64,000 nt of DNA, taken from assembly GCA_964016885.1 (NCBI GenBank), contig OZ024741.1:240188001-240252000 (forward strand), given 5' to 3'. The notes under the pieces are model-generated. The model worked only from the letters and a program-made list of their open reading frames with translations. It did no database searches and was not told the DNA's origin. This stretch comes from Eledone cirrhosa. Taxonomy: Eukaryota. Positions 50,905 to 64,000 of the stretch are shown in pieces. Each line of letters begins with the position of its first letter. Position 1 is the first letter of the stretch. The translations under genes were made by a program, and so were the position numbers.

Positions 50905-51560
50905 TGGACTGGATGCTTTTTTCATGATGCCAACACTATCACTTTACAGTGAGAGCAGGATGCATTTTATCATGACACAAGCACTACCACTTTACTGTGG
51001 GTTGGATGCATTTTATCATGACACAAGCACTACCACTTTACTGTGTGGGTTGGATGCATTTTATCATGGCACGAGCACTACCACTTTACTGTGTGGGTTG
51101 GATGCATTTTATCATGGCACCAGCACTACCACTTTACTGTGTGGGTTGTATGCATTTTATCATGGCACCAGCACTACCACTTTACTGTGTGGGTTGTATG
51201 CATTTTATCATGGCACCAGCACTACCACTTTACTGTGTGGGTTGGATGCATTTTATCATGGCACCAGCACTACCACTTTACTGTGTGGGTTGGATGCATT
51301 TTATCATGGCACCAGCACTACCACTTTACTGTGTGGGTTGTATGCATTTTATCATGGCACGAGCACTACCACTTTACTGTGGGTTGGATGCATTTTATCA
51401 TGGCACGAACACTACCACTTTACTGTGTGGGTTGGATGCATTTTATCATGGCACCAGCACTACCACTTTACTGTGTGGGTTGGATGCATTTTATCATGGC
51501 ACGAGCACTACCACTTTACTGTGTGGGTTGGATGCATTTTATCATGGCACCAGCACTATC
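50905..51560. repeat. 48-bp minisatellite (tggatgcattttatcatggcaccagcactaccactttactgtgtgggt), ~13 copies
   Basis: Direct tandem repeats without spacers; most diverged at the left end, where it joins a retroelement 3'-UTR fragment (50690-50900). Confidence 0.95.
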
Positions 51561-54276
51561 AGTATATTGACTAGTTATGTTAAACAGTGATAATGATGAA
51601 GAAGGTTATTTTAACATGGACCTATTACTGAAATATTTCCCATCTTCAAATGAATGTTAAATGTTATTCCTTTCAGAATTATCAATATGAGACAATGCAT
51701 AGAATATGTCTATAACAATAATTTCATTGAAAAATTCTGCAACTGGCATAACATTTGGAAATTAAGTCCTTAGAATTGGCAAAACCGTTGAAAACACAAT
51801 TAACAATTAACAGGTTAAACTTCACTTGTTCCTTTACATGGTATATCTGGAGTAACGACTCCACTGAGTTACGGATCCATACGTACGTATGACGGGGTGG
51901 AGTAACATCACTTACACCATCTCCATAAACAGTGTTCATACGTTTTGTGACAAGTCACATAAGTCAGCTTGATTTTTGGAAATATGAAAAAAACATAATA
52001 TAATAGAAGCATAGGGCTCTTAACTCCTAATTAAGTAGTAACGGAGCAGTCATCACACACGGCGTTTTGGACATTTAAAATCAGACGAAGCCCATCCCTC
52101 TCCAGGTCGGAACAGCCAATTTCTTCAAGGTAAAAAAGATGTACTTTATTTATCGACCACAAAAGGATGAAAATTAAAGTTTACCTCGGCGGGATTTGAG
52201 CTCAGAGAACAATGAACTGGAATACCGAAACATTTTTTTTTTATTTGACGGCCTAACTTTTTTATATAAATTAGTTTCTAATAACAGTTATCAAAAATAA
52301 TTCAAAAGTTCTCATTAGCAAATTTAAGAAAAGTTTTAATTTGAAGAACGACGATATATTCTTTAGCAGATACGATTGCTGTCACATAGATTTAAATAGA
52401 AATTCTAAAATCCACGTGGTGTGTTGTGGATATATAACCTACTAAATTACCTCACAGAAGCTGAACGAAGTATGGCTCGTTACCGCATACGTTGTGTATG
52501 TATGCACGGACCTTAACCCCTGGTGGAGTCGTAGAGGCGTAGTAGTGACATACGACATGTCTTGGGTAATTAAAACCTAGCAGAGCCCATCCATCTTCAT
52601 GTGTCAACACAGCCGATTTCTTCCAGACGAGAGCGAGGAATGGGAAAGAGACATTGAGAATTGACAGACACCCTGTACTGGATTGGTACTTTTTTTTATC
52701 GACCTCGGCGGGATTCGAACTCAGGACACTGAGCCGGTTCGAATACCGTTCTAACAACTGTCAATCGGCCTCTCATACATCGTGTAAACATATTTAAAAC
52801 ATTCAATATACAAACATTCAAAAGTTGCCTCTAAGAGACAATCCATTGGTTTAGTTTCTGTATACCAATCAAAGGCTAACATTTTTATAGCCGCCAAAAT
52901 TGAATTTTTCTTACAGCCAGTCAGAAAAAATCGATTATGCCAATATATTGTTCATCTGAGGCCGCTTAAACTGCTAGAAATTGCTCTGAAATAGCTTTTA
53001 AAAGCGCACATAAGACATTTTATTTCTAAACTATATGAAAATAAAAGAGGATGGTCGTAGGTAAAACGCTTTTAGTAAACAATAGCTAGTTTAGATCAGT
53101 ATATATACACACACATATATACATATACTCACATAAAGTCTATTAAAAGGCGGGATAGTGTTGAAAATTAATTTTTTTGCATATCTAAACAAAAAAAACA
53201 GTAAAATTTTCATGGAATTTGCTTCTAGATTACATCTTTATTACATACTTTTTTTTTTTTAGATTGAAATAAAACTTACAATTAAATTATTTGATAGGCA
53301 AGATGTTCACATTCAGAGGAAGGCCGACGCAGAAAGTTTTCCAACTTTACATTATCAACAATACAATTCAGACCATAACATTTTCTGATAATCACTTCAT
53401 TGTGGAAGGATCACAATAGAAGTAAACGATCACTACCGGCTTCGCAGTTTTAAAGAAGATAATTTCACAAAAAAGTAAAAAACGGAGCAAATATGAAACA
53501 CATGGTTTTATATATTGCAAACTTTGCGTCTTAACAACATGAGAAATAACCCGGTGACCGGTGTTGGGTGTAATTTGTATTTATTTGTAGCCCGGTACCC
53601 GGTGTTAATTATAATTATACCAATTATTATTTTACGAGTTACTTCCCTTTGTTAATAATTTTTTTTCAATACGTTTCTTGATATTTATTTAGTATCGTTA
53701 GCGTACATTTCAGCTCAATATCATTCGTTGTTTCGTTCTTTCAAACATAATTAGAACGTTGCTAGTTTTTTGTTAATGATTAGTGTTAAAGATATATTTA
53801 AAATATACATTATTTACGAGGAATAAAAAAAAATCAAGTCACGGATTTGGACATGGGTTAACATTTTCTTGCTGTGTATAGTGGTGGTTAATAATCATAG
53901 ATTTTTAAAAAATTTAATATTTAGAATTAAATGTTGTTTGAATTTATCTTTAACGTTAAATATTAACGATTAATAAAAGAAGAACCAGCAAAATCATTAG
54001 GCTTTAAAGAACGACCATTTAATCATTAAAGTTAAATATATAATAAAATGTTACTATAAACATTTAATTTTATTCATAGTTGTATAAATAACATTACAAA
54101 TCGTTTGCAATTCTTTCAGAATGAAAATATAAACGGAGCATATAAATAAATTTACAGTAGAATAACAATAAATATGTTTTAAATATATACATAAATAACA
54201 TTACAAATGCATCGATAGCATTATAAATAGCTCGCGATTCATTCAGAAAGATATATTCTTTTAATGTTACAATATT

Positions 54277-54463
54277 CGGTGGATTGGCAGTATCGGTAGA
54301 GGGTCGGACGCCATGCTTTCCAGCATAGTTAGGTCCCTTTACGATCTGAGTTCAAATCCCGCCGAGGTTGACTTTGCCTTTCATCCTTACGGGGTCGATA
54401 AAATAAAGTACCAGTAATGCACTGGATAATTGCTGGCCTTGTGCCTAAAGTAGAAACAAATAT
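54277..54463 (+). mobile_element. tRNA-derived SINE
   Basis: ggtggattggcagtatcggtaga...gagttcaaatcccgccgaggttgactttgcctttcatccttacggggtcgataaaataaag...gtgcctaaagtagaaac; many copies in window. Confidence 0.8.
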
Positions 54464-54469
54464 TAAAGA

Positions 54470-55450
54470 AAATGTAAAGGAAGGGGTGAACAACCGAGCC
54501 AACACCAGAGCAAAAGACAACGTCACGAGCAGTACTGGGCAACCTCTCTAATGATTTTTGAGGCAAGCCAGCACACTCGCAGCATTGCATCGGGTGATGG
54601 CGAAGCTGATGCGCTGAAACAGCCAAGCGCCCTCTATTAGGCCGCCAGTGAAGAGAGGAACCTCACAGTCGGACTCCCCCAAACGTTTCGAAAGTCACAG
54701 GCTGAAAAATGTAGCTGGCCAACAGATCGGAGTATTTGAGGGTCTTACTCTGCTTGGCTGCAGAAGCTGTGGCTCTCGTCCTAACCGCAGCATCCAGGAT
54801 ATGGGAAAGAGCAAAAGAGTCACTAACAGTGACGTCCCAGACAAGGCACCTGCCTCTCAACCAGGGGCTCAGGGTAAGGCCGTCACTTCTGGACAACCCA
54901 GATGCTTCCAAGACTGAGGGCATATTCGCCCGGGCCAAAGCTCTCTTCAGAATGAGGTTTAGCTCCGAGTGACGCACGAAGCGGCCGGCATTCAGACGGC
55001 AAGAAAGACCGTGGAGGCCTGTGGAGTCGAGGAGTTTGCCGCATTGGCACCTCAAACCCATGCAGACGTCTGGTCCCACTCTGAGGGCGATGGAGACATG
55101 AAGTTCATCCAGGCTGAGTAGGCCACCAACGTTGGCCACGAGTAGGGCATCAACCCAGTCGCCTGAGTATTTGGCGATGGCAGATAGTAAGCGGCACCTT
55201 GCAAACTGATCTGACTGGATGAAGAGGGAGTCGAAGGTGGCCTTCGAACTTATGCTGTCCTAAGTTCTCTGACTTTGACTGTCCTCCACCTTCTCAGGAA
55301 GAGACAAGCCCAACTCACTCCATTGCTGGAGAGCTTCACCCAACTCCCTGTTGGAACTAGTCCATGCTGGAGAGGGCGAGGATGATGCTCACCAGAGTGG
55401 AGCAAGCGTGGGTGGAGGAAAGGAAGCAGGGGAGAAAGAGGGACGAACAC
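54470..55450 (-). mobile_element. CRE-clade-like non-LTR retrotransposon 3' part (zinc finger + restriction-like endonuclease)
   Basis: CQCG...HGLSC...RHSELNLILKRAL...DGLTLSPW...LVWDVTV...KYSDL...FETFG; GC-rich island. Confidence 0.75.
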
Positions 55451-55924
55451 TTACGAAGACATGGAAAACTTTGAATTACCTAATGCTTCAGCCGAAACTG
55501 TTTGGCCATTTTAATTCCTTTAACATTAACTCTTAATGTACCACACAAAACCGCATTAGTAAGGCATTTAAAAAAATACAAAACACCACTATGGCTGCAT
55601 CACATTAAATGATAAACTCTTTACTATAGTTTACAGCAATTTTCACGATTTATCCATTAGTAAAGATACTATAAACATTTGAATTAACAAATCATTTTAT
55701 GGTAAATTTGAATTAAATGTACGGTTTTTTCAATTAGGTCTCTTTGCTGTGAAAAGCATGACTTGTGAAATGTAATCACTTTTAACTATTTCTCCATACC
55801 TAGAAACCCCCAAAATTTTTCTTATGCATTTCAGATATTGTATCCTCGTCAGAGAATAATTACCCTTATGGACACTTGTACAGGGGTAATATTACAATAG
55901 CAACAATATATATGTCATTCAGAA

Positions 55925-57810
55925 TATATTCTCTGATGATTTGGTTGAGTGGTGGACAGCTTTCATCTTTGATGTTTTTCTCCAGCTGCCGCCTTCCTTG
56001 CCTCCTCAAAGCTGGCTGCAGCTGTTTTAATGATCGCTCTCTATTTCTCTCTGTCATCTGCCAGGTGTTCCCATTCCCTGTGATCAATATTGCCTTGGAC
56101 CAGCTGGCACCTGAGTTGGTCCTTGAAACATTGGGGGGGGGGGCCCTTGGTTTTGTTTGTCTTGACGTAGTTCCCTGTATAAAACTGCCTTTGGCATCCT
56201 AGAGTGGTTCATGTGTGAGGCATGGCTTACACAGCGGAGCTGTCTCAGCATCAGCATGCTCTTAATGCTTGTGATATTGGCCCTCTTGAGAACTTCCTTG
56301 TTTGTTACATAGTCTTGCTGGTACAGGACCCAGATTTCAGTTCTGTAGAGGAGGGTAATGATTACAACAGCCCCGTAGACTCTGATCTTTATGGTGAGGC
56401 ATGGAGAGTGGTTTTACCACATGTGTTTCTGCAAGTGTCCGAATGAGCTGCAGGCCTTGGCAATGCAGTTGTTAATGTCCTTTGTTGAAGTACCGTCGTT
56501 GGTAATGACACTTCCCAAGTATATGAAGTGCTCCACTGCACTGAGGGGGTGCCCATCAATGTTAATCTGCAGAGGGTGGTACTCTTCATTTGCTGGCTTC
56601 TGGGACATGGCTTCAGTTTCCTTGAGGCTGATGGTCAAGCCAAATGCCTTGGCTGCTTGAGCAAAGCTGCTGACGGCTACCTGGAAATCTTCCTGTGTGT
56701 GTGCCAGAAGGGCACAGTCGTCTGTGAACAGTAGATCCAGGATCAACTCCTCTAGTGTTTTGGTGTAGGCAAGTAGTTGTTGCAAGTTAAACATGTAAAT
56801 GCCCTCCCACAGATCTTTCCTTGCTTTACCAAGCATCATACTGAATAAGATTGCAAATAGCATTGGGGAAAGGACACGGCCTTGTTTTACACCATTCTCA
56901 ATGGGGAGGAGTTGATTGGAGAGACCACCATTGTGCATCACCTGTCCCTGCTATCATGTGTGGAGTAGCTGGAGCATGGTCAGGAACTTTGGCGGACACC
57001 CAAGTCTGCTGAGGATCTTCCACAGTCCATCAGGTCAATGAAGGCAGCATACAGGGCCATATTTTGTTCTCTACATTTTTCTTGGTAAAATCAGAAGAGG
57101 ATGTTACAGGACACAACAGCAGAAGTTGTGGGTTTTTCTACAAGGAAGAACAAAGACTGGTTTGACGAGAATGATGGATGAGATCCAAAAGTTCATTGAC
57201 GAGAAATGGTCTGCACACCAAAAAGTGCTGTCAAACTTGAATAGCCAGTCAGCAAAGTTGACTTACAGGAAAACCTGCAACAACCTACAGAAGAAGCTCA
57301 GGGAGATCCAGAATAACTGGTGGGCAGAACAGGCTGAGAAAATACAACACTATGCGGATACTGGCAAAACCAGAGCCGTCTATGAGGCACTCAGGGAAGT
57401 CTGTGGCTCCATTCACCAAACACAAGCCCTTCTTCATTTAGCAGATGTGTCAGCACTACTCATAGGCAAAAGGGCCATTCTGAACTGCTGGACCAAATAC
57501 TATGGCAACTTGTTTAGAGATGAACGCTCAGTAGCAGACGCTTCAATCAACAACATCTCACAGCAGCAAGTCAAAAGTGAGCTGGATGAACCACCCTCCC
57601 TAGAGGAGGTAAAGACTGAAAACACACAAGGCTCCTGGTGTTGACAGTATTTCTGCTGAGGTGTACAAATATGGTGGTGGTTCACTCCTTGAGAAGCTCT
57701 TGGACCTCTTTGTACAGTGTTTGTCGAAGGGAGAGATACCAAGAGACCTCTGAAATGCTGTGATAGTGTCCCTGTACAAGAACAAAGGCCAAAAAATTAG
57801 AGTGCTTCTG
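55925..57810 (-). mobile_element. RTE/BovB-like LINE with inverted 5' segment (minus strand ~55925-57085, plus strand ~57090-57810)
   Basis: GVKQGRVLSPMLF, LLFTDDCAL and FIYLGS on minus. LDEPPSLEEV, PGVDSISAEVYKYGG and VSLYKNKG on plus. Confidence 0.8.
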
Positions 57811-60100
57811 TACTGATATGTTAGCAGCATATATTGTAAGATCTAATTCAATTTCCTTGCCTTGTGTTGGTTGTACTCTTGATAAATAAACTGGAACTCT
57901 CATTTCTTTACCTGGTTTGTATATTATTTGAACATATGGTTGTAGCCTTAACAACATTCTTTGCAGTCTTGTGGGTGCTTGGGCAATGTTTTTACTCTGA
58001 ATATTTTGCAATGGTTTGTGGTCTGATTCAATTTAGAACTCTTTCCCATACACATATATAAAAGGAGTTTTGCAACCAAACATCACTGCAAGTAGCTCTC
58101 TTTCTGTTTGCCAATCTTGACTTAGCATCAGTCAGTCTTTTACTAGCAAATACAACAATTTTGCCATCATTGATTAGTGTTGCACCTAGGCCTAACATGC
58201 TTGAATCTACTTGGATCAATATCTTTGTAATATGTTTAAAATAGGTGAGACAGATGTTTTCATGAACACAGTCTTTCAATTTTTGAAAAGATTTTCTATA
58301 TGTATTACTCCATTCCATTCAGTGTCTTTCTTGAGTAGTGATCTCAGTGGAGCTGTTTGATAACTATGTTCTGATATGAAAGGGCATAGGTATTGGATCA
58401 TACCTAGAAATTGCTGGAGTTCTTCACAGTTTGTAGGTGTGGGCTTTGATTTGATTCTGTCTCATTTTTCTGGATCTAGGTGAGAACCATTTTCATCCCA
58501 GATAAGAGCATAACAATTGATCTGTTTTGTCAAACTTTTGCATATGTCAATTGTTTTGCGATATATGAAAATATCATTAGCTATACACAATTGCTTCTGT
58601 GCAGTCTTTACTATCTGGTCCATATTTTGCTGATAAATGTCCTGAGTCATCTTCAGCCCAAAAGGACACTTTAAATATTTGTATCTAGCAAAAGGTGAAA
58701 CATATAAGCAAACTTGATTCCTTATGAAGATGTATTTCCCAGTATCCAGGTTTTACATCTAATTTTGTAAAATATTTAGCACCAGCTAGTTTGTGGGAAA
58801 TTTCCTCAAGAGTTATGGTAAATTCTTTTACTGCATTTATTCAGTGGTTTTGGATCTAAACACATACATAACTCACCATTTTTCTTTCTGCTACATGCAA
58901 TTGCATTCATCTAGTCTGTTGGTTCATTTACTTTTGTGATCACATCAATCTTCCATTTTGTCTATTCTTCATTTCATCTTTCAAATGCACTGGATGTTTT
59001 CTTGGACCTCTGGTGTTGCATTTTTAACACATATTTTTTTGTTTCCTTGGAAAATTTCCAATACCCTGAAATACAAGTATATCAGGACATTCACATTCAA
59101 GGTCTTCTATACTTGGCAGTTTTTCTTTTTTTATTTGATGATGTACCACAGTTGATTTGCATAAAGCTCAACTTTATACATCACTGTCAGACACAAAACA
59201 TTTGGCTGATATGGTGTCAGAATATTTGTGATTAATACTGAGGACCATCAAACCATATTGTGGTATCCTGGTGCCAATCACTGACAATAGGGTAATCTGT
59301 TCTCTTTTGAGACTTACTAGTTTGTCATATGTTCGTAACTATTTTATGGGTATATCTGTTTATATAGCCTGAGTGGTAGTATGTTTCCTTCAACCCCAGT
59401 ATCTACTCTCATTTATATTTTGTACTTTTTTTTATATGAGTCTTTACAATTTATGGTAGCAAATATTTACTTACTGTTACTGTTATTAAGACTTTTGTCT
59501 TCTTTGTTTTCTGTAGTCTTCTTGGTTTGAATCATATTCTGATTTGTAAGTGGCATTCACATTTTTCTTCTCTTTATTTTGTTTTCTGGACCTATGCAGG
59601 GTGGAATTTTTGTTTTGGTATGTGCTTTCATTTGTAAGATACAATCTTTTTCAAAAAATTGTTTAGTTTATGGCATTTTCTGCATCCTCTGTTAAATGCA
59701 TAAGTCTTCTTTTCTTTTTCCATGAACTTTCCCATAACTTCTACACTGTCTGGTATTTTTCATTGTTAGTTCATGACATGTACCTGTTTTTCTTTTGCTG
59801 GCATCATGTAGTGTTTTATCGTGGCTTCATATGTTCATATGCTTCTAACGTAAGACTTAGTTTGTTTATAAGATTTCTATTTTTCATCTGTCCTCTTCAG
59901 TCCTTTTATTATTTGTTCAGGGATTCTTTTCTCCTTGTTTGTGCCGAAGTCACATCTTTCTGATGCTCGTGAGGGCGCTTGGCTGTTCCAGCACATCAGC
60001 CTCACCATCACCTGAGGTAACGCTGCAAGCGTGCTGGCTTGCCTCAAAAATTATTAGAGAGGTTTCCCAGCTCTCTTTGCGATATTGTTATCTTTTGTTC
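57810..60100 (-). mobile_element. Degraded Ty3/Gypsy LTR retrotransposon gag-pol remnant
   Basis: APTRLQRMLLRLQPY..IIYKPGKEM, ILIQVDSSMLGLGATL and VFASKRLT (RNase H), plus RT remnants; many stops. LTRs not identified. Confidence 0.8.
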
Positions 60101-60887
60101 TGGCAGTGGTTCCTTTGTCTACCTTTTTCACCTGCCCTTTGTTGTATGTTGTCCTGGATGTGAGTATTACCTGCTTGTGTGCTTTTTTTCTCTTTCTTTT
60201 TTCCTTTCCCTTTCCTTTCTTTTTTTTCTCTTTCTATTTTTAATATTATGTTGCTGGTTATGCCTTAGTAAAATTATATTCATTATCAAAATAAAAAAAA
60301 AGACTAAGATTTAAGTCTAGCTAAATATTCATCAATAGATTTTTCAGTTTGTTGTATTGATGGGAACTCTAATCATTCAACCCATTTGTTTGGGTTTTGT
60401 ATCAGAGAGGATTAAAATTTTTAAAAATACTTTTGTTGATTAATACTTTTTGTTCAGCCGTAAAATTTGTATTTTGTATTATTTTTCAATGAGTTTATAA
60501 AATCAACCCATTTGTTATAAGCTTCGCACTTGTTTTTGTTCAACCAGTCCAAATTTGGTAATGAGATTATTGATGACATTATCTTTGGTGTTAGCACTTC
60601 AATTCAGCTAACTTGGACAGGTTTGTAAAAATAAAAAAACAAAATTACTGTATTGTTATCACATTTGTGAATGATTGACTTTCAATTTTCATTTTAGTCT
60701 TTATGCATGACTGACATATCACTGTTTTGCTGCTAACATGACATGTTTTACACCAAAGGTTCTCAAACTTTTTGCTCCCCACGGCCAAGTAATACCTTCA
60801 GTGCCTCACACACCTATTTCCAGAGAGACCTGCCTATACACAAATTGTAAATAATATATAATAAATAAAATCGTTAATTGATATATA

Positions 60888-61090
60888 ATGATTTCTACTA
60901 TAGACACAAGGCTAAAACTTTGGGGCAGGGAAAAGTCGATTAAATCGACCCCAGTGCACAAATGGTGCTTTATTTTATTGAACCTGTAAGGATGAAAGGC
61001 AAAGCTAACCTTGGCGGGATTTGAACTCAGAACACAAAAGGCTGTAACTCTATGCCGCAAATCATGGTGCACGGCACTCTACCACTGCTT
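60888..61090 (-). mobile_element. tRNA-derived SINE
   Basis: Same family as 49855-50070. Confidence 0.75.
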
Positions 61091-61148
61091 AAATAATATA
61101 ATATATACTATGTATAAATAAATATTATATATTTTTTTATTTTACTAT

Positions 61149-63712
61149 CATCATTCATCATCATCATTTTACGTCCGCTTTTCCCTGCTTGCAAGGGTGG
61201 GACGGGTCTTATTCAGCACAGCATCTCTCCACTCATCACGGTCCCTCGTCATCTCCATCGTGAGCTTCAATGATCTGAGGTCTGTTCTCACCACCTCCGC
61301 CCATGTTTTTCGTGGTCTACCTCTACCACGTCTTCCTTCAACTGGCAATTCCTGGCACTTCTTCACCCATTGGTCATCCTCCATGCGCATCACATGTCCA
61401 TACCACCTCAGTCTCCTCTCCCGTACACTACATTCTATCCCTCTCAGACACAGTTTCTCTCTCAACACATTTATGCTGGGTCGTTCACGCACATTTACAC
61501 TGCACATCCAACGGAGCATGCTTGCCTCATTTCTCTCCAGCCGTCGCATATCCTCTGCAGTTGCTGCCCATGTCTCACTACCATGCAGCATCGCGCTCCT
61601 CACACAGGCATCATACAACCGGCCTTTCGTACGCAGGGAGAAACCCTTCTTCGTCAACAGAGGAAGCAGCTCCCTAAACTTCTTCCAACCCGTCCTTAAT
61701 CTAGATACTATGGCCTCGGAACACCCTCCTCCCATGCTAATCTGATCTCCTCGGTACCGGAAGCTATCCACCACTTCTATAGTGCCCTCTTGCATTTGAA
61801 AAATGTGTCTATCAGTGCGACTTCTACTGTCTAATTTCCCTGTACATCTACTGCATACATATTTCTCCCTACCTATTAGTTTGCCTGCTATCCCGCTACA
61901 TCTCTTGTGTACCCAGGATCTGCATTGTGTGCATTTTATAGAATTTATGCCAGTTCCTTTTCTGCATATCGAACATGGCTATTTCCCTGACGGAATCAGG
62001 GTTTTGTCCTCTTTTCTACTCATCAACACTTTTGTCTTAGCTAGATTCATTCTCAGTCCTCTTGCTTCTAACTGCTGTTTCCATAGCCAGAATTTATTCT
62101 CTAGCTCCTCTACTGATTCTGCTATAAGAACCAGATCGTCAGCGTAGAGAAGTTCCCATGGACAGCCAGTCTTAAACTCCTCTGTTATGGCTTGGAGGAC
62201 TATAATGAACAAGAGCGGGCTGAGGACCGAACCCTGATGTACTCCTACTTGTATCTGGAATTCCTCACTAAACTCCATTCCTACCCTGACTTTACTGAGA
62301 GTACCTCTGTACAAAGTTTGCACTGTCCTCACAAGCCATTCCTCAACACCTAGCTTCCTTAGGGACCACCAGATGACAGATCGGGGTACCCTATCAAAGG
62401 CCTTCTCTAGGTCAACAAAGGCTAAGTATTGTGGCTTATTCTTCTCTAAGAACCTCTCTTGCAATTGTCTCACCAAGAAGAGGGCATCTGTTGTACTCTT
62501 CCCAGGCACAAAACCAAACTGCATCTCATCTAGTTTGACCCTTTCTCTAATTAGTTGTGCTAAAATCCTTTCTGCCACTTTCATAACCTGATCTATCAGT
62601 TTTATACCCCTATAATTGCTCCTCTCCAAAGCATCCCCTTTACCTTTGTAGCAATTTATGAGAATACTGCTGCACCAGTCTTTGGGTATGACACCACCAT
62701 ATATAGCCTGATTGATGATGCGTGCAACCAGTTTAGTGCCTACATCCCCTGATGCCTTCAGCATCTCAGCAACTATTCCCGATGGTCCGGCAGCCTTACC
62801 ATTTTTCATTTCCCTAATCGCCTCTTGGACCCTATATTCGTCAATCTCAATAGCTGGTCCCTCTGTCGGATCCACCAAGGGTAATTTCTCTCTCTCCCAT
62901 TCGTTCTCCACATTCATCAGTCTCTCATAATGACATTTCCAGGCCTCCTTTTTCTGATCATTCGTGACACTAAGTACACCGGCATCATCCCGGACACATT
63001 TATCTCCAACAACATCCTGATTTGCATTGACACACTGCCTTGCAATGTGGAACACTGCATGCCTCTGATCTTCCCGTCGCAGAACATTGGCAAACCTCCT
63101 ACTCTCTGCCTCCCTGCGTGCTAAGTACACCTGACGTCTAGCTTCTCTCTTAGTGGCTGTATATTCTTCCCTACTCCCACCCTTTTTCCAAGCCTTCCAT
63201 GTTAGTCTTTTGTCTCTAATAGCCTTATCTACTGTGCTGTTCCACCACCAGGTCACTCTCTGTCTGGTTGGAGCTCTGCTCCAGCCACAGGTTTCATCAG
63301 TAGCCTGCAGCAAGTTGTCACGTAAGAAATTCCAGTTATTATCTATGTCATACGTCTCTAAATCGTCTTCTTTTTCGTCATATACATCTTGAAGGGCTTT
63401 CCTAAATTTGTATTTTAGTGAAAGGTCTTTTAGCTTCCAGACCTTTCTTCTCCACACCTTCCTATATGTCTCATTCCATCTCTTGCTTACTGAGATATCA
63501 CTAACAACTAACCTATGCTGTGGGGTACATTCTTCCCCAGGGTATGCCTTGGTATTAGACACTATCTGCCTGTCCTGCTGCCTAACTAGCAGGAAGTCAA
63601 TCTGGCTTATGTGCTCACCAGATTAGTAGGTTATTAGGTGATTGGCAGGTTTCTGGAAGTTTGTGTTGCAAATAGTCAATGTAGCTGCATCACAAAATTC
63701 AAGAAGTCTATA
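61149..63712 (-). mobile_element. Young 5'-truncated RTE-clade LINE (partial APE endonuclease, RT, PHD-like finger)
   Basis: One reading frame broken by two stops (~63625 and 61981-61979). YADD and GVHQGSVLSP. (GAT)n tail. TSD tttactat (61141-61148 / 63713-63720). Confidence 0.93.
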
Positions 63713-63771
63713 TTTACTATATTTATATATAATATGTATCATTTGATATTTAATATACTATTATATCATTT

Positions 63772-64000
63772 ATCTATATACTACTAAAACTCTGTGATTG
63801 ATTGCTTGCTTGTCTGTAATGTAATACAACCAAAAGGGCGCATAATGGGAAAATACTTTGAAAGAAAGTTGACCCTGAAATGGGAATACAAATGGAATAA
63901 AACAAGTTTCGAGTAAATCGGACCATGGGTTCCCGAGATATGGGGTTTTTCCGGGTACATTCATAAACAAAACGAGAGAAAGATACAGAGGAAGAGATAG
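63772..64000 (+). mobile_element. Possible Helitron/Helentron-like element 5' part
   Basis: Begins tctatatactactaaaact, followed by short (gatt)/(gctt) repeats and aaatcggaccatgggttcccgagatat; runs off the window. Confidence 0.35.

Noticed and set aside
50905-51590. 48-bp array as a CRISPR array, or as three overlapping 175-216 aa proteins
   Set aside because: No unique spacers and a eukaryotic context; the frames are open only because the monomer has no stop codon on that strand.
51724-53660. Short ORF 51724-51939 and CpG-richer patches as a gene or promoter
   Set aside because: No recognisable domain or coherent splice structure; interspersed with SINE pieces and probably unclassified transposon remains.
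61979-61981. UAG-to-UIG A-to-I editing rescuing the LINE ORF
   Set aside because: The stop does replace a Trp codon, but the copy is 5'-truncated and has a second stop near 63625; ordinary decay is the simpler explanation.

Overview
AT-rich eukaryotic genomic DNA, most likely an octopus (coleoid cephalopod) protocadherin cluster. Bases 1-44.7 kb hold a head-to-tail tandem array of six protocadherin units, all on the minus strand. Unit 1 runs off the left edge, units 2-5 are intact and unit 6 is a 5'-truncated, frameshifted relic. Splice signals show that each gene has four exons, not the single ORF in the track: (1) a non-coding leader exon behind a near-identical promoter block with paired CCAAT boxes; (2) a ~2.4 kb exon encoding signal peptide, six cadherin repeats, TM and juxtamembrane region; (3) a 166-nt cytoplasmic exon; (4) a 71-77 nt terminal coding exon. 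The EC1 N-terminus, EC5-EC6, TM, cytoplasmic exon 3 and the promoter/leader are homogenised between units, whereas short cassettes in EC1-EC4 vary and occur in different combinations. Unit 6 keeps an intact but divergent tail that forms an ITAM-like YEEI-x8-YKEL motif. Bases 44.7-64 kb are transposon debris: Tx1/L1, CRE-like, RTE, Gypsy, SINEs, Helitron-like ends and a 48-bp minisatellite. Species assignment and all functional statements are inference from sequence only.
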